Part shown: positions 10,638 to 21,626 of the stretch, one piece after another | Numbering within the stretch: the first letter of the stretch is position 1 | Layout of the letters: every line of letters starts with the position of its first letter | Assembly (NCBI GenBank): GCA_000091205.1 | Contig: AP006502.2 | Source: Cyanidioschyzon merolae | Taxonomy: Eukaryota | Strand: one strand, 5' to 3' | Length of the DNA: 64,000 nt | Program-made: the position numbers and the translations under genes | The notes under the pieces: generated by a model | Seen by the model: the letters and a program-made list of their open reading frames with translations, nothing else | What the model was told of the DNA's origin: nothing | Database searches by the model: none

Positions 10638-11526
10638 CGTTCTGACCTTTCTTCAACAGCGCACAGTAACGCTTCCAATTATGAGTTGTAGTAAAGAACG
10701 CAAAATCATTTCGAATGAATTGTGCCGTCTATCGCCTGGACGAATCACAGTACTCGAGCAGCCGAGATACAACGGTCGAGATGGAGCACCTTGATCGTCA
10801 TCGGAGATTGATCCAGGAATCACGTTCGGTCGTTCGCCTTTAACTTCAACCAGCGGGTTTCGAATTCCGTTGGACACGCTCATTCCCGTGATTCTGGAGC
10901 CATGGATTCACGAGCGGAATTTCGACGCTGGAGATCAGTGTCGCGACGCGCGCAACACTTTCATAAATTGTCCCTAAATATCCTAAATTCATTCTTATTA
11001 TTTCTACAAATTGCGGTTCTTTTGGTGTTGCTTACCGTGCAAGTGAAAACTTTCACTGCGAGTAGGAGTCTATATTTCGGAGCTTAGACCACAGAGCACC
11101 ACGATAGTTCATTTGAACAGTGAACAAAAAGCAGCTTCAATGCATATAATGGGGAACGAGTTCGGGCAGTACCTGTCAAGGCCCGTACAGCGTCGGCACG
11201 GAAAAGTGAACGACTGAGAACCTGTAGCACATACAAATAAAGCCCACTCTGGCAATGAGAATTTTAAGCTGCCCACTGCAATACGGTACTATACTTCACC
11301 CATCTGTCTCGTATTTTGAATTACTGCAAAGCTTGCAGCCTTGTCTCTGGTATAGCCCGCCGCGCACCTGGCCAGGATTCGCTGGTTATCGCAGCGCCTT
11401 TGTTGTAAAACCGCTTTTCTGGTGCCGCCCCAGGACTCATCGTCTGCAGCATGTCTTGCAGCGGCAGAAGATGCCGCACTAGCTCGTATCGCCGATTCGG
11501 AAGCGCCAACAGCATGGTCCATATTT

Positions 11527-11644
11527 CTTTCTGGACGAGTTCGCTGCAGGAGGTCCCTAAAAGGCTGCCACGCTTCGTGTAGGATTCTTTCTGGACGAGT
11601 TCGCTGCAGGAGGTCCCTAAAAGGCTGCCACGCTTCGTGTAGGA
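11527..11644. repeat. 60-bp tandem duplication (about 2 units).
   Basis: aggattctttctggacgagttcgctgcaggaggtccctaaaaggctgccacgcttcgtgt is repeated exactly at 11581-11640 and 11521-11580. Confidence 0.85.
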
Positions 11645-12340
11645 GCCGCGGTCCATCACCCCTTGCCCGAGCGCTCGCGACTTGGATCTTATACAACTGG
11701 ATATTGTGAGCGGTATCCCCATGCTGAGGCTGTTTCTGCTGTGTTTCGTCGTCGCTGGGACATGGACTGGATCCTGATGCGGTGCCGATCTTGGTGGAAG
11801 CCTTCGCGCGCATCGCGCTCCACTCCTGTCGAGCACTAGAAACGGTCTGCATCGTTACGCCTCAGGCCGCGCACCAGCCCGCAGGCACGGTGCTGATGCA
11901 TGACGGAGCAAGGATGCATCCGTGCACCCATGTACTTATGCATTTACGCGTCTGTGCAGGCTGTCGCGCTTATGGCACGCAAACAGCCAGCGGCTCGAGT
12001 CTGAGCGCCCGCAGGCGCCCGGATTCTCGACACGTGTCCTGCGTGCGCGGTCCCGACGCACCGCATATGCGCAACTCTCCGAGGATAAGAATCGACAGTG
12101 GAATTCAGGGGTAGGTAGAAAGGTGGACGCTTTCCCAAAACGTTCGTACGAATCGCACCATAGGGCATCCCTGGTGAAAACGTTCTGCGAAACCAAAAAC
12201 TTGCGGGCATCTCCAGTTCCCCGTTTAAATCGTGAAGCAGTTAGTCCATCGAAATGAGATTCCTACACGAATATCCACTTATCTTTCCGTCGTCGTGTTA
12301 TTTTGTTAGATATGTTAAAAATCAGTTTCGCTATGCACAC

Positions 12341-13555
12341 CTACTGGTCCCGCAGACGACGAACGTGGAACGGCCACTCACACCGCAGCGTGCCTAGCGT
12401 TGCGAGCGCCGCTTGTGAGACGCTGCGGAGCACACCGTCGCCCGAGAGGCGCTTCCACGCTGCTGGCGAGGCGTCTCTAACAGGGCCGCTCGTGACTTGT
12501 CTGGCCTCTCGTTGCGATTCGTACGCTGCCGCTCCGTCTAAGCAGCGTAGACGAGCGCCCAGCGCTAGGCGCAGCGGCGCACTCTGCATGAGCGTGCGCA
12601 CACCCTCCCGTACAAGGCGGTGCATCTGCAGGCGTGCGACGCGCAAACGCCTTTGAAGCAAACGGCCCTGAGGGGTGTTCGTGGTGAATAGCAGCGGAAC
12701 GTTCCCCAGATAGTCCAGCGGCGAGCGCTCTGGTTCATAGCGAGTGCTATCATCTTCGGCGTCGCCCAGCTCGGGTGCGCTCCAGCAGCGCGCCAGCGCC
12801 GGGCCCGCGCACCGTTCTAGAGTAGCATCTTCTTCGGTATCCTCGTGCAGTGTGCCGGGACCTGATTCAAGCTTAACGACTGCGTATTGTTCCGTCGGGC
12901 TTTCGACTGGTGGCGGGCCCGCTGGAGCGCCCACCAGCGCAACGTTGTCCGTCTGCGGTCCCGCGCCGTCTGCCGCTTCGCGCTCGCTGGATGCTGCCGA
13001 AAGCTCCCGCAGGCGCCGCCACTTGTTCCGCAGGCGCTCCGTTCTCGGTATGGCGGAGCAGCGCGGGTCCACCACCGGTACCCCGTCTGCTGTCTGACGG
13101 GCGCAAACGAGTCGCCGTTGGTCGTAGTCTACCCACTCGTACACAATTCGCCCGAGCAGCTGCGTACGGCTAACGCCCTGTCCTCCACGAGCTGCGTTCC
13201 GCGAAGGACTGGGTGCCGCTGCCGCTTCCATTGCCGTGCTCACTGCGGCGGGTGCCGCCGTCCCGTCACGTCGCTTGCGCGGTACTTGCTCGAACGCCCT
13301 CGAAAACTTTGCAAGCACGTGCGCTCGCGCAAGCTCTACCCATAGTGGAGGGAAGAGCACTCGCCGCGCAACCTGCACCAGCGACCACTGCGGCTGTGTA
13401 GCGGTCGCCTGGAGGCTGCGGCTCGCGCCACGAACCCGCCTGTGCAGTCGTCGTCGTTGCCAGAGGCGAGCGAGAAACAACCCGACGCTGCTGCTGCCCT
13501 CCTTGGGCCCTATAAACACTGTGCTCTGTGCTGTTAAACAACTGTTCCGATTCAT
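12341..13555 (-). CDS. Hypothetical low-complexity Arg/Ala-rich ORF in a very GC-rich zone.
   Basis: ATG at 13553-13555. The ORF is overlapped by many alternative-frame ORFs on both strands. This is typical of GC-rich low-complexity DNA, so a real gene is uncertain. Confidence 0.2.
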   Translation of the reverse strand: MNRNSCLTAQSTVFIGPKEGSSSVGLFLARLWQRRRLHRRVRGASRSLQATATQPQWSLVQVARRVLFPPLWVELARAHVLAKFSRAFEQVPRKRRDGTAAPAAVSTAMEAAAAPSPSRNAARGGQGVSRTQLLGRIVYEWVDYDQRRLVCARQTADGVPVVDPRCSAIPRTERLRNKWRRLRELSAASSEREAADGAGPQTDNVALVGAPAGPPPVESPTEQYAVVKLESGPGTLHEDTEEDATLERCAGPALARCWSAPELGDAEDDSTRYEPERSPLDYLGNVPLLFTTNTPQGRLLQRRLRVARLQMHRLVREGVRTLMQSAPLRLALGARLRCLDGAAAYESQREARQVTSGPVRDASPAAWKRLSGDGVLRSVSQAALATLGTLRCEWPFHVRRLRDQ

Positions 13556-14563
13556 AACACTCGTTCGTCGTCTCCAGCGCGGCTACTTCCCATAACCGTG
13601 TCCAGTTAAAACCGTATCAGTGCAGCACTGTTCGGACTCGTGCAAGTCAAAGCGCCTCACGGTTCAGTCTTCCAGCAACTCGGTACCAGTGCATACCGTA
13701 TGCATCAGCATCTCGCGCACGGCGTTGCCACTCTAGAAGGTGACCGTTTTTCAGGCGCGCCCTGTGCATTCCGCCGCCATGCGCTGGGATCCGGGAATCG
13801 CAGCGGCCGCCGCCGTTGCCTCAGCACACCGTGCAGCGATGATGGGTGCTCTGGAGGCGCACAACTCCGCAGCTGCTCAAGTTGGTATCTCTTATGATTC
13901 TCCGAGGGCAACGGGCGATATTTAGGTGAACATGAGCTCGAGGCCGTGTTCAGGGGCTTGCAGGGACCTGGATCGAGTAATTGATGGCAATGTGCTGAAC
14001 TTGCACCGGCTTGAACGCCGCGTGCACCTGCAGAGGCTCGTTGCGGAACGTCAGCGTTGGAGCTGGGCAACGCTATCGGATGAGGGCGCGTAGAGTTCCG
14101 TCGCAGAGCGGGCTGTGCAGGTGTTGGGTGTCAGACGCGAGTTCGAAGCGATGTAAGGTAGTATGCTGCTCGTTGTTTGACGCTGGACGGAATCCAACTA
14201 TCATCGTAGTCAGCTGGGAACGCGCGTCGGACACACCAACAGGGAACGCTGCCGCATATGGAAGCACAACTACCGTCGACACCTGCTGCGTATGAAGACT
14301 GGACAAGAGCGCTCCTAGCGTTCGTACGACATTACTTCAAAGTATATTCCTATCGGAGAGCACGCTTGTCGCACAGCGTTCTGTACACGGCACAGCGCTT
14401 CAGAACCTTTCGTACCGTGAGTAAACTGTTTTCGACAATCCTATTTACGACCTAGTGGCTTGGATCGCGATACGAGCGCACTGCATGCTGTTACCTCAAC
14501 AGCTTCGCTAGTCGATATAGACGTCCATTCCGGTCCTCATGGACGATTCGTGCTCGGCTCAAT

Positions 14564-17302
14564 TTATTCAGGGGGCGGTATACTGAAAGGCACGGTCTGC
14601 ATAACATTTTGCTCATTCCGAACGATGTTAGCTACGACCATATTCGCCAACATGGCCAGCTCTGGCGGAACTGCGGCGGATAATGCCAAGCCGCTCAGAA
14701 GCCGATGGACACCAAGGCTCTGCAGGGTTGCCCGGCCAGTTGGCGTAGCGCTCAAATTACACAATGCAGCTAATGCATACTGTTGTGATTCAATATCGAC
14801 GCTCTGGGTCGCATATTGAGCAAAGTAGGTACCAGCACCCAGCTTGAGCAAGTGTGGATGCAAGTCGACGTTGTTGGTCAGTTCAGCGAGAGCCAGCAGC
14901 GCCGCTCGAGCCGTCTCTGGATCCGTTCTTCGCTGCGCAACAGCGGAAGCAAGCACAGGCAGACCGTTGGCCTGAGCGATTCGAATACTGTTCTCGATCT
15001 GTTCTGCGAAAAGAGACAGGGCACGCACGCCATATCGACGCACGCTGGGGTCCGGGTCGGTTGCCAGACGGACGGCTGCTTCGACACCGCCAGCTTGCGC
15101 TGCCATCACCCGGGACAGCCCCCCGGTAGAGACATTAAAGAGTGCTCGTGCCAACTCTCGACGCAACGAGTCGTTGTTTCCAATCACCTCTGCTTGTACC
15201 TGATTACCAGACGCCTGCGCCCAGAGTGTTGGCAGCTTCATCAAGATGCGCAAAGCACCGCGAGATCCCAGCAGATCCAACTTGGCGTTGTCTATGCGCG
15301 AGAGATTGGCTATTGTGTGTACAAGTATCTGTGCTTCATTCGTTGACAGGCTTAAGCGTCCCTGCAAAATGCCATACAACGCTTGACAAAGCCCCTGGTT
15401 TGCTAACAAGTACAACGTATCGCTGTCCTCACTGAGTTGCCCAATGAGGCGCAGGAGCGAGCGGCATGTCGGCGAAGGCACACGAGAGGTCACGCCCTCT
15501 GCATCTGGGACGCAATCCGCTAAGCGCCGCACAAGGAACGATGCATCGCGCGCTATTAGCTGAACTCGTATTCGGGCGGATTGCATCATGACGGCAAAAG
15601 CGTCCAATGCTGCTGCTCCAACCGTGGCATGCGGCGGCCGGAAGCGATCAATCCCCTCGAAGGTTTCAGCTATGCGAAGCAATTCCCGATCAGCGCCATG
15701 GAGGAGGAATGCACGGCTCAGGTGTTCGCCCGGAGCTCCCGGGACTGAACACAGCGCCGCAATTGTTTTGCATGCGGCACGCTGGGGAAGCTCCATCTGG
15801 GCTGCGTCTCGCTCTGGACCTGTGTCGTTGCGACCGCTGAGATTCTCACGGAGCACGTCGAGCAGTGTCTCTGGGATGTGACATTTCTCGAAACGATTCG
15901 CTGCTCGCATATCAATAGCGGACGTCGTGCCAGGGCTCTTCGCGAATGCTGCATCCTGCAGTATGCGGAGCGCCATGGTGCGCAGTCCCGGCTCGTCCGA
16001 TCGTGCGATGACTCGACCAAGTCGCTCCAGTGCCTCCTCGCTGGTCAGGGCGGCCAGCATGGGAGCTTGGTTCGCAAGCGAACGAAGACCAGAAAGCGCG
16101 TACTGTGCAACGCTGGAATCATCTGACTCTAGCGCAGACAAAAGTTCCCGAAGAAAGTTCCGCTTCGGGGTGGCAAAAGCTGCGAGCCTTGAGACGTTCG
16201 CTATGCACAGTATGAGCGCTCTTTCGGTCTCTCGAATTTGCGCTTGTGTTGAAATCAGCATGGTTGTGTTCTTTTGTGCCTCATGAACGCTGGCCAAAGC
16301 ACAAGCGAGCGTCTTCATGAGGCGTGTTTCATCGGCTGAGGTCGCTGTGCTCCAAATGCTTTCACTTAGTGCGAGATTGGCAAGAATCCGTGCAACCTGC
16401 TGAATCAGCGGTGCGTTCAGTTGAGACCAATCTACTGGCTTCCGCTGGCGCCCGAAAAGGAACAAAAAGCCGCTAGTCATTCCGCCACACTGCGCAGCGA
16501 CACCTGCATCCCGGTTGAGGCAATGCAGGAGACTCCGCAACAGCGGTGTATCTCTGAGCTGCGAGTGGGTTTGTTTGTTCCGCACTATTTCCCCCAGAAT
16601 CTCCAGCAACGTCGTGCGCAAGTCAACGTCTATGTCCGGACGTTCCAACGTCTGGGCAAGGACTCCCCCGACTCCACAAGAGGCGAGTTCCACGGCAGTG
16701 CCCTGCTGCACAGCATACTGGAGGATTTCGTTCGCAGCCTCTTTAGCCGCCGCAAGTTCGGAACTTTTCACCACATCCATGAGCTCCCTGATACGTTTCG
16801 TGCAAGTTTCATCTGTTCGTGGGGAGCTCGTACCTGTGGACGCTGCACCACCGGGCCCGGTGTTCACGCCCGCGATCGTGATCGACTCTGAACTCGCGAC
16901 GCCGAGGTTCGCGCTCAGACCTGTCGGAAAGCCATAGAGTGCCACAAACGTGCAAGTTCCTACACTCAGCGCAAACTGCAACAAGCGCTTCGCGGTACCG
17001 TGCAAGCCACCAACAGCTGGACTCTGCGTGAGCGGGCGTGACTGCCACGGGAAAGCAGCACCTTGCCTAGGCCCTAGTCGCGCCGTCGTTTCCGTCCTAA
17101 ACCCTAGCGCTTGCTGCGAACTCTTTCCCAGCAACTTCTGCAGCGGACGCGCGATAGGCAACCGCTGCACAGACTGAAGCCTCCATAAAGTGAGCATGAT
17201 CGCGGGACCATGCAAGCGCAGCCCCAGTTCGCAGCAGAAGCTGCAGCGATGAATAGCGTATGGGAATTGGCTCCGCTTCCGCGCGGAGCAGGGCGTGTGC
17301 AT
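14564..17302 (-). CDS. Armadillo/HEAT-repeat protein, 912 aa.
   Basis: ATG confirmed (cat at 17300-17302). About 40-residue helical repeats rich in L/A with GN...AL.NL motifs recur (LANLALS, IANLSRI, LCNLSAT), as in ARM repeats. Confidence 0.55.
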   Translation of the reverse strand: MHTPCSARKRSQFPYAIHRCSFCCELGLRLHGPAIMLTLWRLQSVQRLPIARPLQKLLGKSSQQALGFRTETTARLGPRQGAAFPWQSRPLTQSPAVGGLHGTAKRLLQFALSVGTCTFVALYGFPTGLSANLGVASSESITIAGVNTGPGGAASTGTSSPRTDETCTKRIRELMDVVKSSELAAAKEAANEILQYAVQQGTAVELASCGVGGVLAQTLERPDIDVDLRTTLLEILGEIVRNKQTHSQLRDTPLLRSLLHCLNRDAGVAAQCGGMTSGFLFLFGRQRKPVDWSQLNAPLIQQVARILANLALSESIWSTATSADETRLMKTLACALASVHEAQKNTTMLISTQAQIRETERALILCIANVSRLAAFATPKRNFLRELLSALESDDSSVAQYALSGLRSLANQAPMLAALTSEEALERLGRVIARSDEPGLRTMALRILQDAAFAKSPGTTSAIDMRAANRFEKCHIPETLLDVLRENLSGRNDTGPERDAAQMELPQRAACKTIAALCSVPGAPGEHLSRAFLLHGADRELLRIAETFEGIDRFRPPHATVGAAALDAFAVMMQSARIRVQLIARDASFLVRRLADCVPDAEGVTSRVPSPTCRSLLRLIGQLSEDSDTLYLLANQGLCQALYGILQGRLSLSTNEAQILVHTIANLSRIDNAKLDLLGSRGALRILMKLPTLWAQASGNQVQAEVIGNNDSLRRELARALFNVSTGGLSRVMAAQAGGVEAAVRLATDPDPSVRRYGVRALSLFAEQIENSIRIAQANGLPVLASAVAQRRTDPETARAALLALAELTNNVDLHPHLLKLGAGTYFAQYATQSVDIESQQYALAALCNLSATPTGRATLQSLGVHRLLSGLALSAAVPPELAMLANMVVANIVRNEQNVMQTVPFSIPPPE

Positions 17303-17399
17303 CCCTCGATCCGCCCCGGGCGAGCGTGCTGCATGTCTTTTACGTACAGAACTGTTCTACCTAGAGCGCATCCCCGGATGATTATCCAGATACCTGTCA

Positions 17400-17900
17400 A
17401 ATAAACAAAAAATGTCCTGGGACCATATAGGATAAATTAATACTCATATGTAGACACCTCTCCGCCCTTTTCGACTCGCAGACTGTTACGCATTCAGTTT
17501 TGTCCAGACAACCTTCGAGCCTGAGAGGATACCCCGCGAAGTTGGATCGCGTCAGCTCCGCGGGTCCCGTCCTCAGCACCAATGATCGCCTGATGTTTAT
17601 GGCAGCATTAAAGTACCGGTTCATGAACTTCGTGTGGGCTCTGGCGCTGGTTGCGCTCATCAATGCAAGAATTGCGGGAACTCTCGTACTCTCTGTACCA
17701 TTTGATACTCGGTCAGCTCTCTGTGCGTTTCGATCGCAAAAGCGCTTCGCGGGCACTTCTCCAGGTCGACCTTCTGAAGTGGAGACCCCAGCTCACCCTT
17801 TTGTTTATTTTAAAACGAGCGAACTTGTTTGTTCGTTTTGGTGAGGACGTTCCCGGAAGCGGGAAAGACTTGCGGATGCAAGACCGGATGTATTCTGGTA
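17400..17900 (-). mobile_element. Fanzor/TnpB-like remnant, copy c2.
   Basis: Minus-strand ORF 17397-17756: ...ILALMSATSARAHTKFMNRYFNAAINIRRSLVLRTGPAELTRSNFAGYPLRLEG. Coding and tail are both alignable to c1 (VLDKRPPELIRADFVGEPLRVE). Confidence 0.45.
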
Positions 17901-18949
17901 TCACTGTGCGCTGAACGCTTAAGCGATTCTACCAATGGAGCGCTCAATAGGCTTAATTAAAGAAAAGCGTCCTTCGATGCGGTTGAACCACGGAACATAC
18001 GGAGGAATGCAAAGCAGTTCTACTCCGATAGAATCGGCAACAGCTCCAACGCAAGGGGAATAGAGAAATGCAACGTTGTCCAATAGAAAAGCGTCGCCAG
18101 ACGTCAGGGGAAAGTCTTCAATGGCTCGACGTAATGGGCGCTGTTGTATGAGTCTTCTCTACGAGCGAAACTGAGGCCGTAAAATGAATTCACCCCAGCT
18201 AGAACAGAAGATGGTGTCGTCATTCTCCGCGAGTTCAACCGTACATTCAGCAGGCGCCCAGATCTGCGAGTACCCATATACGCTCCGACCGTTTCATCCA
18301 AGGCAAGTCTCATCGAATGAAAGAACAGACCGACTTCACTCTGCCTCAGATCGATAGCGACGTTCCTGGAAACTGTCGTTGCGATTTCGATGGAGGACGG
18401 TCGTTCATGGCATTGGACATTTTCGCGACTGTATCCCAGTGTTTTTAGGACCATACGAACTAGCTATTGAGAAACAGATACGCCGTTGGCGGCTACCACT
18501 GTCGCTTTTGCTTTCCGTAAGGTGATCAACTGGTCGTTTGCTGCCATTTAACGCAGTCAGTCTTTAAGAATATCGGACATTGTCGCAGAGCGCATATTCA
18601 GGGTTCTTTCAGTGTTCCTTAGGTATCTGAGTTCTTTTACGTGGATGACCTGATGGAGGAATGCAGTCCTCCTTACACACGTCAGTAAAGAATATATATA
18701 TCCTGCAGGAAATTTTTCTACGATCTATAGAGTACATTGCATATTGACACTGATCTCCTGGTCGTCACCGCGAAAAAACATTCAATGACAAGCAGCAGTG
18801 CTGGAACACAGTGAGTTGAGGACGATCAACGGAATGCTTGCTCGTATAATCTTTCATCTCAAGTGTTTTGCCCCTCTGCTGCGCGTCATCAAATGCTTTT
18901 TCGTGCTTTCTAGCAGACGCGTATGAACTGCGTTTGTTCTCAAAAACAA

Positions 18950-19420
18950 AACATATAAGGAAAAAATTATGGACATAGAATTCGGGGATCCTGGAGGATC
19001 GCCATCCCCGAGTTCCAGAGAGAAACTGAAAAATTTCCCTCTCGCCAACCATCGAGCGAAGAAGAGCTAGTGATCGAGAAGAAAAAGAAAATGAAATGCG
19101 GAGATAGGCGAAAAATCGTGTTTAGCTCACGGGACGGTGACGGGATTGTAGTGGCGCGGAGGGCACAAGTTCGCAGAAGCCTTGTAATGTTGAGTTCGAC
19201 TAAAGCGAATAATCGTGTAGAGTTCATGAACCGAGGACTTAACGCTTCCATCAATATCAGACGATGTGTAGCGCTGAAGGAATTAGCCTACGTACTTCGT
19301 GGGGGAGCCTCTCAGGCTCGAAGTGAACAAGAGAAACTGAAATCGATAGCGGGGAGTTCGTCAAAAAAGGCCGGAAGCGCCTGCTAGTTGATGTGTATAT
19401 GCACTCTGTGGTCGCGAAAC
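18950..19420 (+). mobile_element. Fanzor/TnpB-like remnant, copy c3.
   Basis: ORF 19070-19387 (+): IEKKKKMKCGDRRK...LVMLSSTKANNRVEFMNRGLNASINIRRCVALKE. Tail 19290-19420 aligns to the c1 tail (cttcgtggggagcctctcaggctcgaagtg...gtcaaaaaaggccgg...tatatgcact). Confidence 0.5.
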
Positions 19421-19499
19421 CGATTTCGTATCATCGTCCATACACGTAACTCGAATGTACTACAAAGTTTAGGTCTTTCCCGTTTTAGCCAGGGCAAGC

Positions 19500-19700
19500 A
19501 TTTGCGGATATTTTTTCCGCGACTACTTCCTTTCCCTCTCTCTGATCTCCGACTTTAAAATGCGTAGGTCTCTCTTTCCCCTCAGCTCTGCTGTTGCGAA
19601 TCGAAGGAGGTTGATGGCATCGTTCAAGTTCGGACGACACAACACTATGCTGTATCCAATGCATTTAATTTACAGGTAAAATTTGCACTCAACGCACCGC
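19500..19700 (-). mobile_element. Short Fanzor-remnant fragment (tail plus RuvC-III-edge), copy c6, tail-to-tail with c3.
   Basis: Plus-strand 19540-19660 (ccgactttaaaatgcgtaggtctctctttcccc...aaggaggttgatggcatcgttcaagttcgg) aligns to c5 (ccgacctcaaatacgcggctctcttctctccc...aaaggatgttgacggcagcgctcaagtccc) and to c1. Confidence 0.35.
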
Positions 19701-19889
19701 TTCCCGGTTCCATCTTCTCGATTGGATGCAGCATCGGTGCGCCCATTGCGGTGGTGATACTAGGCTTTGGTCTGGTCTTCCCGTATGTCCATCCGAATGC
19801 TTCCACTTCCTCATGCTGTGCTGTAGCTCGTAGAAAATTGCTCGACCGCTCGGGACATGTCCTTGAGCGGTAGAGAGGCTCGCCTCAAT

Positions 19890-20750
19890 GCCCTCCTCCG
19901 TTCTCGTATCCGGTGCTGTACTCTGTGATCACGCCCTTATGCTAAGCGATCCCCGCGTCGAGCGCCCTCTCCGCTGCACATGCAAGGACACGCGGTTTCA
20001 TTCGAAAAAGAACTTGTGGAACATGGAATTCCCCATGACGTCAAAAGTAGTCGAACGACAATTCCTACTGGAGACCGACACAAAAAATAAGATATTTCGA
20101 CGCTGTATTTGTGAAAAGCGGCAGCGCTCTCTCCAATGGAAGCCATCCCTGCGATAACGAAAGCCCGAGTTCAAGACCGTTTCCTAAGCGAACGTAATAA
20201 ACTGGAGCATCTCGGAGCAAATAGCGTGAGAGGTAATGCTGCCGTTGAGTTGCATTTATTTTTCGGCCACAAAGGGTGAAGGATTGGCTCATCGAACGGC
20301 ATCGATTATTAGACGTGAGAATTTTTGTGAAATCTACGCACGAGCATGTGAGCAAGTCATCAGGAGGCAACGTCGAGTTTCTTTCCTCGCCCAACGAGAG
20401 GCGCGAATGGCGCACCCTCGAATCGCCTTCAACCAGCATGATTGAAAACCTGAACCATAAGTGATTTGAGTATGTGACTCGTATGGAAAGAAGAAGGGAG
20501 GAGGCTTTTACGAGTGTACTGGACAATTATATCTCTTGTTTACGAAGCATGTTCGATGGCATCGCGTCTCCTATTGAAATCGATGACGTAACGAAGTCCA
20601 GTGGCACAGCGTCAAATGCGCCACTCCAAAGAGCGCGACCTAGAATCCTGAAATTCGTTATGAATCCATGCGCCTTTACTTCAGAACTTTGGATCTCGAG
20701 GCTGTACTTGTAAGAAAGTTCAAGAAAATATTCAAGGCAGGAACAGAACG
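19890..20750 (+). mobile_element. Degenerate Fanzor/TnpB-like element, copy D (RuvC-II/helper-like region through to the tail).
   Basis: 19888-20157 (+): SGAVLCDHALMLSDP...TRFHSKKNLWNMEFPM parallels HGLVLSDP...TLFHSIKNQWNAMLSM of copies A and C. NVEFLSS at about 20370 resembles the RVEFMNRG zinc-ribbon remnant. Tail 20580-20720 is about 80% identical to 25690-25830 (the tail of copy B). Confidence 0.4.
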
Positions 20751-21626
20751 AAGAGTTCAATGTTGCAGGTTCATCTGACATAGGGTAGATGCCGTGGGGC
20801 CCACTCAGTCTCACTGAATAACTTGCAGGCTCGGTTTCGCCACAGCAGATCCTGCACGAAACATTCATATTGGTGAGCTTGCACAAATGGCATTTGGATG
20901 CATTCGGAAAACACGGACCGCTAGCATTGATCCAATGCACACAGTTCCCGTTCCTGGACGCTGGACGGCCGTTCATGTCGGCGGTCGACCAGCTCCACAG
21001 CGTGCAGCTTGCGCATCTGCCTGCGCATCAAGGATGAATGGCGAATCCGAAACAGTGTCGATGCGTTTCCGGATGCCGTTGACGTGCCCCATGAAGCATG
21101 CCGGGCAATCGCATTCGAAGTATAGCCATCGCGAACGCGCTTCTATGGGGTCATCAGGCATCGGGCCGCATTTGTGATCCAACACTTGGTCGTCGTCGAT
21201 CATTCTTGGACCTCTCTGCCCCAAATCCGGTATCCCTATGTGCCTTGTACCCTTCTTCGTTGCATCTAGAGAAGATCACCAGCAAAGACACCTCTGGAGT
21301 GCTTGCGCTCAACAGCGGCATTGATGCCGCCAACGGGGCTTCCCGCGTTTAATGATTCCGCGACACCTGCGCTGCGGCAGGACCAAGGTCAGTAGCAGTT
21401 TTGGGTTTCGTGCGCCGCCCACAGAGGGTACTTCCACGCACGCGCTCTGTGGGTGACTTTTCCAGCCAGTGCAGCTGCTCAGGCTTTCGCGCCAAGCGCG
21501 TATCTGCCTGTAGTGGAGCGTACTCTCGGGGGTGAAACCTGGTCCGGCGCAGGCGCTTTTGCGTCCTGGAAAGAACGCCCACGTGCGTAGCAGCACGCCC
21601 TCTGCCGGGCTGCTTCCAAAGCTCCA

